A stretch of DNA of 22,724 nucleotides from an uncultured bacterium (lineage in GTDB: Bacteria; Lernaellota; Lernaellaia; Lernaellales; Lernaellaceae), in assembly GCA_964534375.1 (NCBI GenBank), contig CAZHPN010000089.1, forward strand, positions 1 through 22,724, given 5' to 3'. A model generated the notes under the pieces. The model was not told the DNA's origin, did no database searches, and was given only the letters and a program-made list of their open reading frames with translations. This document shows, one piece after another, positions 10,109 through 18,222 of this stretch (positions are counted from its first letter, which is position 1; every line of letters starts with the position of its first letter). Both the position numbers and the translations under genes were made by a program.

Positions 10109-11749
10109 TCAGAAATTCACAATCGTCCGCATTTGCAGCGTGTAGACGTTTTTCACGCTGTCGTAGATATCGCGGAAATACTGGCCCGGCAGCATGTAGC
10201 CGAAGCGGGCGTCCATCGTGAATTGCTTGTAGAACGTGTACGAATAGTCGAGATCGCCTTCCCAGCCGAGGTCGTGCGAGGCCTGCGTGCCCCGCGTGCT
10301 CAGACCGGGTTGGTTGATATAGCTGTTGATGATGTCGAGCCGGACGTTCATGCCGTCGAGCGGGTGGATATTGCCGCCGACCTTGATGAACATGCCGTTT
10401 TCGAGCGCGCCGCCCATCAACTGGTCCCACGTGATCAAATCGACCTTGTACTCCGGGTTGAAGGAGTAGGTGTTGATCTTCCGGCCGAACGCCGACTGGT
10501 TGGCGACGACCGCGTTGGTGAAGTTGATCTTGTTGACGGGGTTGCCCGGGTCCGAATTCAGGGCGTTCTTGGCGACGGTGATCGCGGTCTGCGCGGTCGG
10601 GCTGTACTCGTCGTTCGGATCGCGGTTGGCCGGCGAGGAGAAGCCGTATTCGAGGCCCGTGCTCCAGCGGCCCGCGTCGTACTTGAAGCGGAACAGAGCG
10701 TTGTAGGCGTCCAGGCCGACGTGCCCGCCGCCGTTGCCGACCGGCAGGCCGTACGACGTCAGCAGGTTGACGTCCCGCTGCTTGAAGAACACCGCCTTGC
10801 CCTGGTAGGCGACGCCTTCGCCTTCCCACAGGAAGCCGGCGTATTGCAGGCGGGCCCACAGGTCGTAGAACCAATAATTGCCTTTGACCAGGTGCTGCGT
10901 CCGGCTTTGAATGAAGAAGCCGGCGTCGAACTGCCCCGTGTCGGCGAAGCGGATGTCGCGGAACTGGTTGGCGAACGTCAAGCCGTTGACGTCGCTGTCG
11001 CCGATCTTGAAGCCCTGGCCCGCGATGCGGTCGTAGTACAGCATCGGGTAATAAAAGCCGGCGATGCGCGAGGCGAACATCACCCGGTCGTAGAAGTCGC
11101 CGGTGTTGCTGTCGTACCCGGCATTGCGGTCGGTGACGTCGGTCGACGGCTTCTCCATGAACCGCGAGTACGGCGAACCGGAATTGTCGAACACGCCCAT
11201 GCCCCAGTTGGCACCCTGGCGGCCGATGCGGAAATAGCCGATCGGCAGCACCAGGCGGGCGTACAACTGCCGGATTTCAAACGGCTCGACGCGCACCAGG
11301 CCCGTGTTGTCGGTCGTGCTCATCGACCGCGAAAAGATCGTGCCGTTCGGGATGTAAATCGTGCCGTACGACACATTCTGGATCGCTTGCGCGTTGCCGA
11401 TCTGCCGCTGGACGTTGACGGTCGGAATGCGCATCGACGAATCCTGGCCCCAGGACACGTCATCCAACAGGTTGAACTCGCTGACGATCTGAATCGGATC
11501 GGCGATGATCAGCGTCGGCTGCAGATCGAGGCGCTGATCGAACCAACTCCACCAGTTGGTGTTGGTGCTGGGTGTGGCCGAGTACGGCCGCATGTCGAAG
11601 TAGTTGTAGTACCGGTCGCGGTAGTAGCCGTGCAGGTCGAAGCCCACGGTGGACAACTGGCCGCCGTCGGTATCCTCCGCCATAGCGACCACGGGGACGG
11701 CCGTCGCGCAAAGCGCCACGATGGTCAGCCAAAGCAGGGTCTTTTTCAT
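10109..11749 (-). CDS. Large outer-membrane beta-barrel/porin (alginate-export-like architecture)
   Basis: Start reassigned to ATG 11749 (GGAGG RBS, signal peptide MKKTLLWLTIVALCATAVPVVAMA). Motifs FDQRLDL, FRIGRQ-NWGMG, DLGWEGDLDYSY, FGYMLPG; C-terminal Phe. Confidence 0.8.
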   Translation of the reverse strand: MKKTLLWLTIVALCATAVPVVAMAEDTDGGQLSTVGFDLHGYYRDRYYNYFDMRPYSATPSTNTNWWSWFDQRLDLQPTLIIADPIQIVSEFNLLDDVSWGQDSSMRIPTVNVQRQIGNAQAIQNVSYGTIYIPNGTIFSRSMSTTDNTGLVRVEPFEIRQLYARLVLPIGYFRIGRQGANWGMGVFDNSGSPYSRFMEKPSTDVTDRNAGYDSNTGDFYDRVMFASRIAGFYYPMLYYDRIAGQGFKIGDSDVNGLTFANQFRDIRFADTGQFDAGFFIQSRTQHLVKGNYWFYDLWARLQYAGFLWEGEGVAYQGKAVFFKQRDVNLLTSYGLPVGNGGGHVGLDAYNALFRFKYDAGRWSTGLEYGFSSPANRDPNDEYSPTAQTAITVAKNALNSDPGNPVNKINFTNAVVANQSAFGRKINTYSFNPEYKVDLITWDQLMGGALENGMFIKVGGNIHPLDGMNVRLDIINSYINQPGLSTRGTQASHDLGWEGDLDYSYTFYKQFTMDARFGYMLPGQYFRDIYDSVKNVYTLQMRTIVNF

Positions 11750-11846
11750 CCGTCGCCTCCAACGCCGCACTGCGGCCGGGCGTCGGCTATTCGTAACGAA
11801 AAGCCGGTAAAAAAAGGAAAAACCTAGTCTGCCGCAAATCCGCGGC

Positions 11847-11876
11847 AAGCTAGCACGCGGGTTGCGAAAGTGTCAA
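11847..11876 (-). promoter_or_regulatory. Putative sigma70 promoter of the porin operon
   Basis: On the minus strand TTGACA-N18-TAGCTT with a TG extended -10, about 100 bp upstream of ATG 11749. Confidence 0.55.
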
Positions 11877-11877
11877 G
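11866..11877 (+). repeat. Putative attL core GAAAGTGTCAAG
   Basis: Identical 12-mer at 22089-22100; lies about 240 bp upstream of the integrase. Confidence 0.6.
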
Positions 11878-12115
11878 CGGGACTCCGGCGACCACGCCTC
11901 CGCCGCCAAGTCGGAAAACCGCATAATTTCAATAAGTTATAAGAAAATCATTCTTAAAAATAACAAAGCAAAATCGAACCGCGGACACAAAAAGTATTCA
12001 AGCGGTCTTTGCTGCGTCAAACCGCGGCCGGTTTGCGCGCGTTCTATTCTAAAAAACCGCGCCAGTCGGAATAGAACGCGACTCGTCTAAACTGACGCAA
12101 ACGAAAGGGGGCGCG

Positions 12116-13288
12116 ATGAAAAGCGCGCAAACCAAACGGCGGCGAGGCGGCGCGACGCCTTACAGGCACGAAGGCGGCTGGCGCGCTCCTTACGTTGACC
12201 TCGCGACCGGCCGCCGGCGGTTCAAGAAATTTGCGACCTATGATGAGGCGTTGGGGTTCATGGAGCGAGCGCGGGCGGCGCGGCGAGCGCAAAAAGACGG
12301 GATTTTGGCGGCTCCGCCCCCGCCGATGCCATTCCGCGAACTGTACGAGCAATGGCGCACGGCGCGGGGACAGCACAAGCGCTCCGCCGTGACCGACACG
12401 ATTCTTTTCGAGAAACACCTTCGGCCTTTCTTCGGCGAAATGGTCGTTACGCAAATCCAGACCGCGATGGTAGAGCGGTTCATGGGTCAACTGCGACGAA
12501 GGCGGCCGATCGTGCGGCCCGATGGTTCCGTTGACGACCGGCTTTCGCCGTCGAGTATCCGCGCCGTGCTGGCGCTGCTGCACACGGTCCTGCGCTACGG
12601 TCAGCGCACCGGGGCAGTCCAAACGCTGCCGCAACTCGACCGGCCGCGAGTGACCGTAAAAGAATATCCCTGCTTCACAACGGACGCCGAAGTTGCAACC
12701 TTCGTTCGCGCGGCCCGTGACGCCGGGCCGGACGTGCTCGCGATCTATGCCGGCGCGATCTACACAGGAGCTCGCCTGAGCGAATTGCGCGCCTTGCGAT
12801 GGGGGGACGTTGACTTCGATCGCGGACTCATTCGCATTGGCCGGAGCGGCGACGGGCCAACCAAAAGCGGCAAGGTGCGATTTGTCCCGCTCGCCGACGC
12901 GCTGGCGCCGATCCTCAAAGAACAAAAACTCCGGGTCGGCGACGGGTTCGCGTTATGCTTTCCCGGCCCGGATGGTCAGATGCTCCCGCGCATCAGCGCA
13001 ATTTTCTACCGGCGATTCAAGGCAATTTTGCGGGCCGCGAAGCTGCCGGACTTGCGATTTCACGATTTGCGACACAGTTTCGCGAGCCTGCTGGTTGCCA
13101 AAGGCGTGAACCTTTACACGGTCGGCAAGCTGTTGGGCCATTCCTCGCCGTTGATGACGGCGCGATATAGCCACCTGGCGCCGGACTCTTTCGCCGCCTT
13201 GCGCGGCATTTTCGGGCAATCGCCGCCGGCCGATGCGCCGGCGGATGTTGTGCAACTCAACCCCATCGAAAAAGGAAACGAAAAATGA
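12116..13288 (+). CDS. int: Phage-type tyrosine integrase
   Basis: Full catalytic set: TGARLSEL (R), PTKSG (K), FHDLRH (H-x-x-R), LGHS (H), TARYSH (Y). N-terminal arm-binding-like segment GWRAPYVDLATGRRRFKKFAT. Confidence 0.96.
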   Translation: MKSAQTKRRRGGATPYRHEGGWRAPYVDLATGRRRFKKFATYDEALGFMERARAARRAQKDGILAAPPPPMPFRELYEQWRTARGQHKRSAVTDTILFEKHLRPFFGEMVVTQIQTAMVERFMGQLRRRRPIVRPDGSVDDRLSPSSIRAVLALLHTVLRYGQRTGAVQTLPQLDRPRVTVKEYPCFTTDAEVATFVRAARDAGPDVLAIYAGAIYTGARLSELRALRWGDVDFDRGLIRIGRSGDGPTKSGKVRFVPLADALAPILKEQKLRVGDGFALCFPGPDGQMLPRISAIFYRRFKAILRAAKLPDLRFHDLRHSFASLLVAKGVNLYTVGKLLGHSSPLMTARYSHLAPDSFAALRGIFGQSPPADAPADVVQLNPIEKGNEK

Positions 13289-13494
13289 AGGAAACGAAGG
13301 CGAAAAAACTGTGGAACTACAGTGAAGCGGCGGAATTTCTCGGCTTGAAAAAGTCCACCTTGTACAGCATGGTTTCCCATCACCGCGTGCCGTGCTACCA
13401 CCTGAGTCAACGGTGCGTCCGCTTCGATCCGGCGAAGCTGGCGGAATGGTTGCGCGAGCGCGAGCAAATGCCCGCCGCCGCGGTCAACGGTTGA
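13285..13494 (+). CDS. Excisionase/AlpA-like HTH DNA-binding protein
   Basis: LWNYSEAAEFLGLKKSTLYSMV...VPCYHL...VRFDPAKLAEWL; start overlaps the integrase stop (ATGA). Confidence 0.88.
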   Translation: MKETKAKKLWNYSEAAEFLGLKKSTLYSMVSHHRVPCYHLSQRCVRFDPAKLAEWLREREQMPAAAVNG

Positions 13495-13503
13495 GGTGCG
13501 ACC

Positions 13504-14286
13504 ATGACCGCAAGACGCACACGCCGACCCGATCCGATCGACGACGACCCCAGCGACTTCGAAGGCGAGACCGAATGGGAGAATTACGCGTCGGCCCGCG
13601 AAACAGAACCGGCCGTCCGGCCGCCGTCGCTTTTCCTCGACGCCGGCGACGTTGACCTGCGCGAACTGCCGTATGACCAAGTTCCTGAAGTTGCAAGAAT
13701 GAACGGCCTCGCCTTTCATCAAGCGCTGGCGCGCGGCGACGTATTCGACGCGGCGGAATGGACCCACGACGCCGAACGCGGTGACCCCCGCGGCCGGCAC
13801 ACGTCGGCGTTTTGCGTGTTCCCGATTTTCGGCACGCACGCACGCGCCGTCGCCGATCGTTTGTGCGAGCGGCGCGGCGACGACTTGGCCCGCGGCGCCC
13901 GATGGCCGTACTGGGCGACTTTTTACACGTCGGTTCGACGCGATGGCGCCGGGCCTCAAATCGTCGCGCTCGTCCCGATGGCCGGCGAGTTCGCGAGCAA
14001 GCAGCACGCCGCGCTGTGGCGGTTCGTGCTGTCCGGTCTGCGCGAAACGGCACACCCGCACAAGATCATGACGCACTACGCCTTCGACGGCCGAATTGTT
14101 CCGTTGACGATCAACAGCCGCGCCTTCGTGCGCCAGCACGTCGGCAACTTGGCGCCCGCGGGCCGGTTTGCAACGCTGCCCGGGCGGCTTTTTCGGCCGT
14201 GCGACGACCTGGCGCCCGATGTTTTCAAGGCGATGGTTGCCGGGCGGCTGACGTTCGCGGCGTGGCGCACGTTGGTCGGCGTCTGA
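13504..14286 (+). CDS. Hypothetical protein, weak resemblance to a primase-polymerase (AEP-like) N-terminal domain
   Basis: GAGGTG RBS, operonic spacing. Segment ATFYTSVRRDGAGPQIVALVPMAGEFASKQHAALW resembles prim-pol motifs; function is uncertain. Confidence 0.6.
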   Translation: MTARRTRRPDPIDDDPSDFEGETEWENYASARETEPAVRPPSLFLDAGDVDLRELPYDQVPEVARMNGLAFHQALARGDVFDAAEWTHDAERGDPRGRHTSAFCVFPIFGTHARAVADRLCERRGDDLARGARWPYWATFYTSVRRDGAGPQIVALVPMAGEFASKQHAALWRFVLSGLRETAHPHKIMTHYAFDGRIVPLTINSRAFVRQHVGNLAPAGRFATLPGRLFRPCDDLAPDVFKAMVAGRLTFAAWRTLVGV

Positions 14287-14311
14287 CCCAACGCAGGCGG
14301 AGGGAGGATCC

Positions 14312-15121
14312 GTGTCAGCTACACGCCAGCCGCCCCCTTATCCCGGGGCACTGGTAAACAATTGGTTCAAGCGGCCCCGGTTCCCGCCGGGTGTGAAGGA
14401 ACGTCTCGGATACGCCGACCGGGCGGTTTTCGACGAACTTTGTGACCGCTGTTCGAACTCGCGTAAGCAGTACTATGAGACGAGCGTCCGCGACTTTGCC
14501 TCATCCGCAAATATCCCGAAAAGCACCATCGGCGACGCCCTCAAAAAATTCGAAGAAGCTGGCTTGGTTTTCATCTACCACGGCAACCGTAACGGGCTGC
14601 TCGACGGCCTGTTGATTATTCTGCTTACCGACATCGGCGGCGAGTGGCCACCCGACGACCACCCGATCATCATTGAGTCGTGCCAGCGGTTGGTCAATCG
14701 CCGGCGCCAGCCGTCCGCCGTGTCCGCCCCACCGGACACCGTGTCCGGCCCGGCGGACAACGTATGTCCGGCCCGCCGGACAAGCCCTCTCACTCCAACG
14801 CGCGCGCGAGAAGAGTTAATTCTCAAAGAGAAGAGTCTTAATTGCATTAACAGAGTAGTAAGAGAGAGATTGTCGCAATCCGCGGCCAAGCCAACCCTCG
14901 ATTTGATCGAAAGTTTCCTCGGAGAACTGTCGCCGAACTTCGTTGCAATCGGTCGCCTGCCTCGGTCCGAACAAGGCCCGGCCCTCGCCGCAACGCTTGC
15001 CGGACTGCCGGCCCGCGGCGCGACGTTGACGGCCGCGGAACTCGCCGGGCTGGCAAACGCGATCGCCGAACATTTCGGACTCTCCGCGCATGACGCCAAC
15101 GCGGCGGCTGGCGGGGCGTGA
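14312..15121 (+). CDS. Putative replication initiator (N-terminal winged HTH, internal iterons)
   Basis: GGAGG RBS and GTG start; SVRDFASSANIPKSTIGDALKKFEEAGLV is wHTH-like; dyad repeats and an A-rich tract in the mid-gene linker. Confidence 0.7.
   Translation: MSATRQPPPYPGALVNNWFKRPRFPPGVKERLGYADRAVFDELCDRCSNSRKQYYETSVRDFASSANIPKSTIGDALKKFEEAGLVFIYHGNRNGLLDGLLIILLTDIGGEWPPDDHPIIIESCQRLVNRRRQPSAVSAPPDTVSGPADNVCPARRTSPLTPTRAREELILKEKSLNCINRVVRERLSQSAAKPTLDLIESFLGELSPNFVAIGRLPRSEQGPALAATLAGLPARGATLTAAELAGLANAIAEHFGLSAHDANAAAGGA
14721..14870. other. Putative replication origin: three 18-bp dyad iterons plus A/T-rich tract
   Basis: TGTCCG-N6-CGGACA at 14721-14738, 14742-14759 and 14765-14782, followed by a purine-rich, AT-rich stretch at about 14810-14870. 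Confidence 0.65.
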
Positions 15122-15154
15122 GCGACTGGCCTATCTTCGAGAGGAGGACCTCAA

Positions 15155-15993
15155 ATGGCGATGCAGCGGAAAACACTGAAGCTGATCGAATATGCGATAC
15201 AAATCCTCGCCGATGGCTACCCGATGACGGTTCGCCAAGTGTTCTATCAACTCGTTTCCGAATAGTCGTAAGAAACAATCGAAACCGATACCAAGCGGTC
15301 AGCGACGCGCTTGCGAACGCTCGACAACAGGATATGATCCCGTGGGAATGGATTGAGGATCGCTTGCGGCGCCCGCGCCCGGTTCCCATGTGGTCCGGCC
15401 TGCCTGAGTTTGCCGAGACCTGCCGGACAGCCTACCGCCGCGATGTTTGGGCCGATCAACCGGGTTATGTGGAAGCGTGGCTTGAAAAAGACGCCTTGTC
15501 GGGAATTTTTGAAAACGAGCTTGAACCCTACGGCGTGACGTTGAACGTCGGGCGCGGTTATGATGGTTGGGATAGCCTTCACAAGGCCGCGGAACGATAC
15601 AAGGCCGTGTCCGAGGGCAAACACGTCACCGTGCTTTACTTCGGCGACTTTGACCCCAGCGGCGAGGATATGTACCGCAGTTTGGGGGACAGACTGGCGC
15701 GGCTGGGGACCGAGCCGGAAATTATCAAGTGCGCCCTCACAGCCGATGACATGCACCGTTACAACCTGCCGCCGAACCGCGCAAAGACAACCGACAGCCG
15801 AACGCGGAAATTCGTCGCCGAGAATGGCGGCGACGAAACCGCGGAACTCGACGCCTTGCCCGTGACCGTGCTACGCGACCGACTGCGACAAGAAGTCGAA
15901 AGCCGAATGGACCTCGACGCTTTGAACGCGACCAAAGAACGCGAAGAAGCAGAACGCGCCCTGCTGGTGGACTTCCTGAAAGACGCGAAATAA
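15155..15993 (+). pseudogene. Topoisomerase VI A-subunit/Spo11-like WHD-Toprim protein split by a frameshift near 15260
   Basis: GAGGAGG RBS and ATG 15155 give MAMQRKTLKLIEYAIQILADGYPMTVRQVFYQLVSE* (TAG 15263-15265). The protein continues in the -1 frame: VVRNNRNRYQAVS...IPWEWIEDR...EAWLEKDAL...GRGY...VLYFGDFDPSGEDM...ELDAL. Confidence 0.75.
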
Positions 15994-16401
15994 GGGGCCG
16001 GAGGGTGGGGCCAGGGCCAGCCGGCCAGCGGGGCGGGGCCGGGGCGGTCAGCGAATCCGGGGACAAACGGCGTCGGTATCGGTCAGTTGATACTTTTTTG
16101 ATACTTTATGTGTTTTGGCGTCCATAACGCCCTCTCAGTGAGACAAGGGCGTCGCCACTTGACTTTTTATCAATCAATCAATCAATTGCAATGGGCGAAG
16201 GCCATTGGAAACGGCAACCACGCCCCCCCGGGTCAAAAAAACGAGGTGCCTACCGTCGCGCGCGACCCCGAAAACCTCGCATCAGTCGCGCGCCAGACGG
16301 GCCCCCCCTGTTTTTCGGCAAATCCGACGCATTCTGAAAAATCGCGCCATTGTTGACAGGTTTTTCTTTTGGCTATCGTTGGGAAAACGGAGGAAGTCAC
16401 G

Positions 16402-16884
16402 ATGCTCCAAGCCCAAAGAACCAGCAACGACCCACGCACCCGCGGCTTTTGTCCGGCCTTCACGCGGCCCGGCGAGTTGGGGCGCTTCCGTTTCGCGGCG
16501 GCCGTTGCCGCGGCGCACGGTCAACCCGACAAGGCGGCGCTATACGATCTGGACGCGGGCCTGCAAATCTACCAACTCTCCGGGGCGGGTCACTCGATTC
16601 ACTATGCCGCGACGATCACGCGGCCGGGCGAAGTCAATCCGTGCGCCTTTTACGTTTTCACCGAAACCGCCCCGCCGGCGGCGCCGACGCGAGAGGCGAT
16701 TGCGGCGACAATCGCGGCGCGCAACCCGTCGGCGGGCGGTCAAGACAAGACGGCGCAACGAACGGCCTATGAAAAACTCATGGCCGTGAAAGTTCCGCAT
16801 GAGACACGGGCAGACCTCGCCCGCGCGACCTACGAAAAAATCCGCGCCGCCGGGCGGCGATCGCTTCAGGGAGACTCAAAATGA
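16402..16884 (+). CDS. Hypothetical protein
   Basis: GGAGG RBS 8 nt before ATG 16402 (start reassigned from 16369); stop overlaps the next start. Confidence 0.65.
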   Translation: MLQAQRTSNDPRTRGFCPAFTRPGELGRFRFAAAVAAAHGQPDKAALYDLDAGLQIYQLSGAGHSIHYAATITRPGEVNPCAFYVFTETAPPAAPTREAIAATIAARNPSAGGQDKTAQRTAYEKLMAVKVPHETRADLARATYEKIRAAGRRSLQGDSK

Positions 16885-17138
16885 GCAAAGACGCATTCGG
16901 GGAAATGAAAAGCTTTGACCGCGTTGCGGTAGACGATTCGGGCGAGATTTGGTTACCGGCGGACACGCCGGGCGAGGCCCTCGCGCAAGAGGCGTGCAAG
17001 GCGGCACGGGCCGCGTTTTGGGGCACAAACCGTCCGACTCCGGCCGTCTTCGAACTTCGCAAAAAAGGCCCGGACGCCGAAGTTTCGTTGCCCCCCGTGA
17101 AGTCCTACTACCCCCGCAAGGGCCGGGGCGGCGACTGA
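16881..17138 (+). CDS. Hypothetical protein
   Basis: GGGAG RBS; ATGA and TGATG overlaps on both sides. Confidence 0.65.
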   Translation: MSKDAFGEMKSFDRVAVDDSGEIWLPADTPGEALAQEACKAARAAFWGTNRPTPAVFELRKKGPDAEVSLPPVKSYYPRKGRGGD

Positions 17139-17860
17139 TGATCGACGACCCGACGACCGCCCCGCCGACCGAGAGTCCGCCCGTCGGAGAGGCGCCAGTG
17201 GAGTTCGTTACTCGGTTGGGTTTGCGAGTCAGGCGCTGTCGGGCGCATCGGCGCGACGGTAAACAATGCTCGGCGCCGGCGTGCGCCGGAAAATTAGTTT
17301 GTCGAATGCACGGCGCGCACGCCGGCAGACCGGACGCCGCACAATTTGCGCGCGACGTTTTGAACACTCCCCAGCGACGCAAGGCGTTGTCGGAAACGAT
17401 GCGCGGCAACCAACTACGCCGCAAAGCTCCTGCGCCTCTCACACCGGCCGAGCAAGCAGCGGCGGCCGAGTTGCGGGCGCGGTTCGCCGACGAATATTTT
17501 CTCGACGGCGGCGCCGATGCGCTCACACTCGATTCGATCGTTTTTGCCGAAATGCTGGCGCGGCGGGCGCGCCAAAGCTATCTCGACAATCCGACCAAAG
17601 GGAATTGCGCCGACGTTTTGGTCCGCGAACGTCATCTTAACGACCTGTTGAAAACGGCCGCGGTTCGTCGCGACGTGCGCCGAAAAAACTTCCCAGCCGA
17701 TGTGGAAACGCTGTTGCGTATTCAGGCCGGTGTCGATCGACTGCGGCAAGGCGAAGCGACCGACACGCCGCGACTGCCGGCGGCGACGGAAGTTTTTGAC
17801 CTGGTGGAAGTGGAAAACTTGCCAGCCGATTCGGGGCTGCTCCCGGGCAGTCAACGATGA
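17138..17860 (+). CDS. HGGxSTG-like zinc-motif protein, probable terminase small subunit
   Basis: Start reassigned to ATG 17138 (TGATG overlap). RCRAHRRDGKQCSAPACAGKLVCRMHGA matches the C-x-C-x-C-x-H pattern of HGGxSTG domains, followed by a helical region. Confidence 0.6.
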   Translation: MIDDPTTAPPTESPPVGEAPVEFVTRLGLRVRRCRAHRRDGKQCSAPACAGKLVCRMHGAHAGRPDAAQFARDVLNTPQRRKALSETMRGNQLRRKAPAPLTPAEQAAAAELRARFADEYFLDGGADALTLDSIVFAEMLARRARQSYLDNPTKGNCADVLVRERHLNDLLKTAAVRRDVRRKNFPADVETLLRIQAGVDRLRQGEATDTPRLPAATEVFDLVEVENLPADSGLLPGSQR

Positions 17861-18046
17861 TGAACCAAAAAACGGCGGCGTGCTTCTCCTCCGTCGCGCG
17901 TTGCCGTTCGGGAGCGGTTGGCCCCAGCCGCTCCCATTTTTCTCAAACCGAAAACGCGCCTCCTCCGTCGTCCTGCCGAGTCGCGTTGAAGGCGGGCGCC
18001 GTCCGGATGGTCGGCGCCCGCCCGTTCTATTTCGTGAGGTGACGCC

Positions 18047-18220
18047 ATGACAACGAAACGCGAAGAACTCACGGTCGACCCGTCGGCGACGAAACTTGAG
18101 GAACCCCTGACCGGCGATGACGCCAGCACCCCGGCCGCCGACGACCCGCCGCGGCGCCGCTGGGGTGACGGAAAATGGGGCCACGGCAAATGGGGCCGAA
18201 ACATCGGCAAGGGTGACTGA
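18047..18220 (+). CDS. Small 57-aa protein with WG-repeat C-terminus
   Basis: Below the ORF-track cutoff. GAGGTG RBS; MTTKREELTVDPSATKLEEPLTGDDASTPAADDPPRRRWGDGKWGHGKWGRNIGKGD*; ends 2 nt before the next ATG. Confidence 0.6.
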   Translation: MTTKREELTVDPSATKLEEPLTGDDASTPAADDPPRRRWGDGKWGHGKWGRNIGKGD

Positions 18221-18222
18221 CC

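Noticed and set aside
11916..11943. dif-like site at the left end (..GCATAA TTTCAA TAAGTTATAAG)
   Set aside because: The XerD arm matches poorly with a 6-bp spacer; better explained as an IHF-like site.
11750..12115. tRNA or tmRNA at the integration site
   Set aside because: No cloverleaf, T-loop (GTTCGA/GTTCAA in a stem) or CCA end found at either boundary.
15118..15261. ORF-track N-terminus MSDWPIFERR... of the Toprim gene
   Set aside because: The alternative frame from ATG 15155 has a strong RBS and the family-type MTVRQVFYQLVS motif.
17857..18042. 61-aa ORF overlapping the terS-like stop codon
   Set aside because: No clear RBS or motif, and it runs through a strong hairpin; cannot be supported beyond the ATGA overlap.
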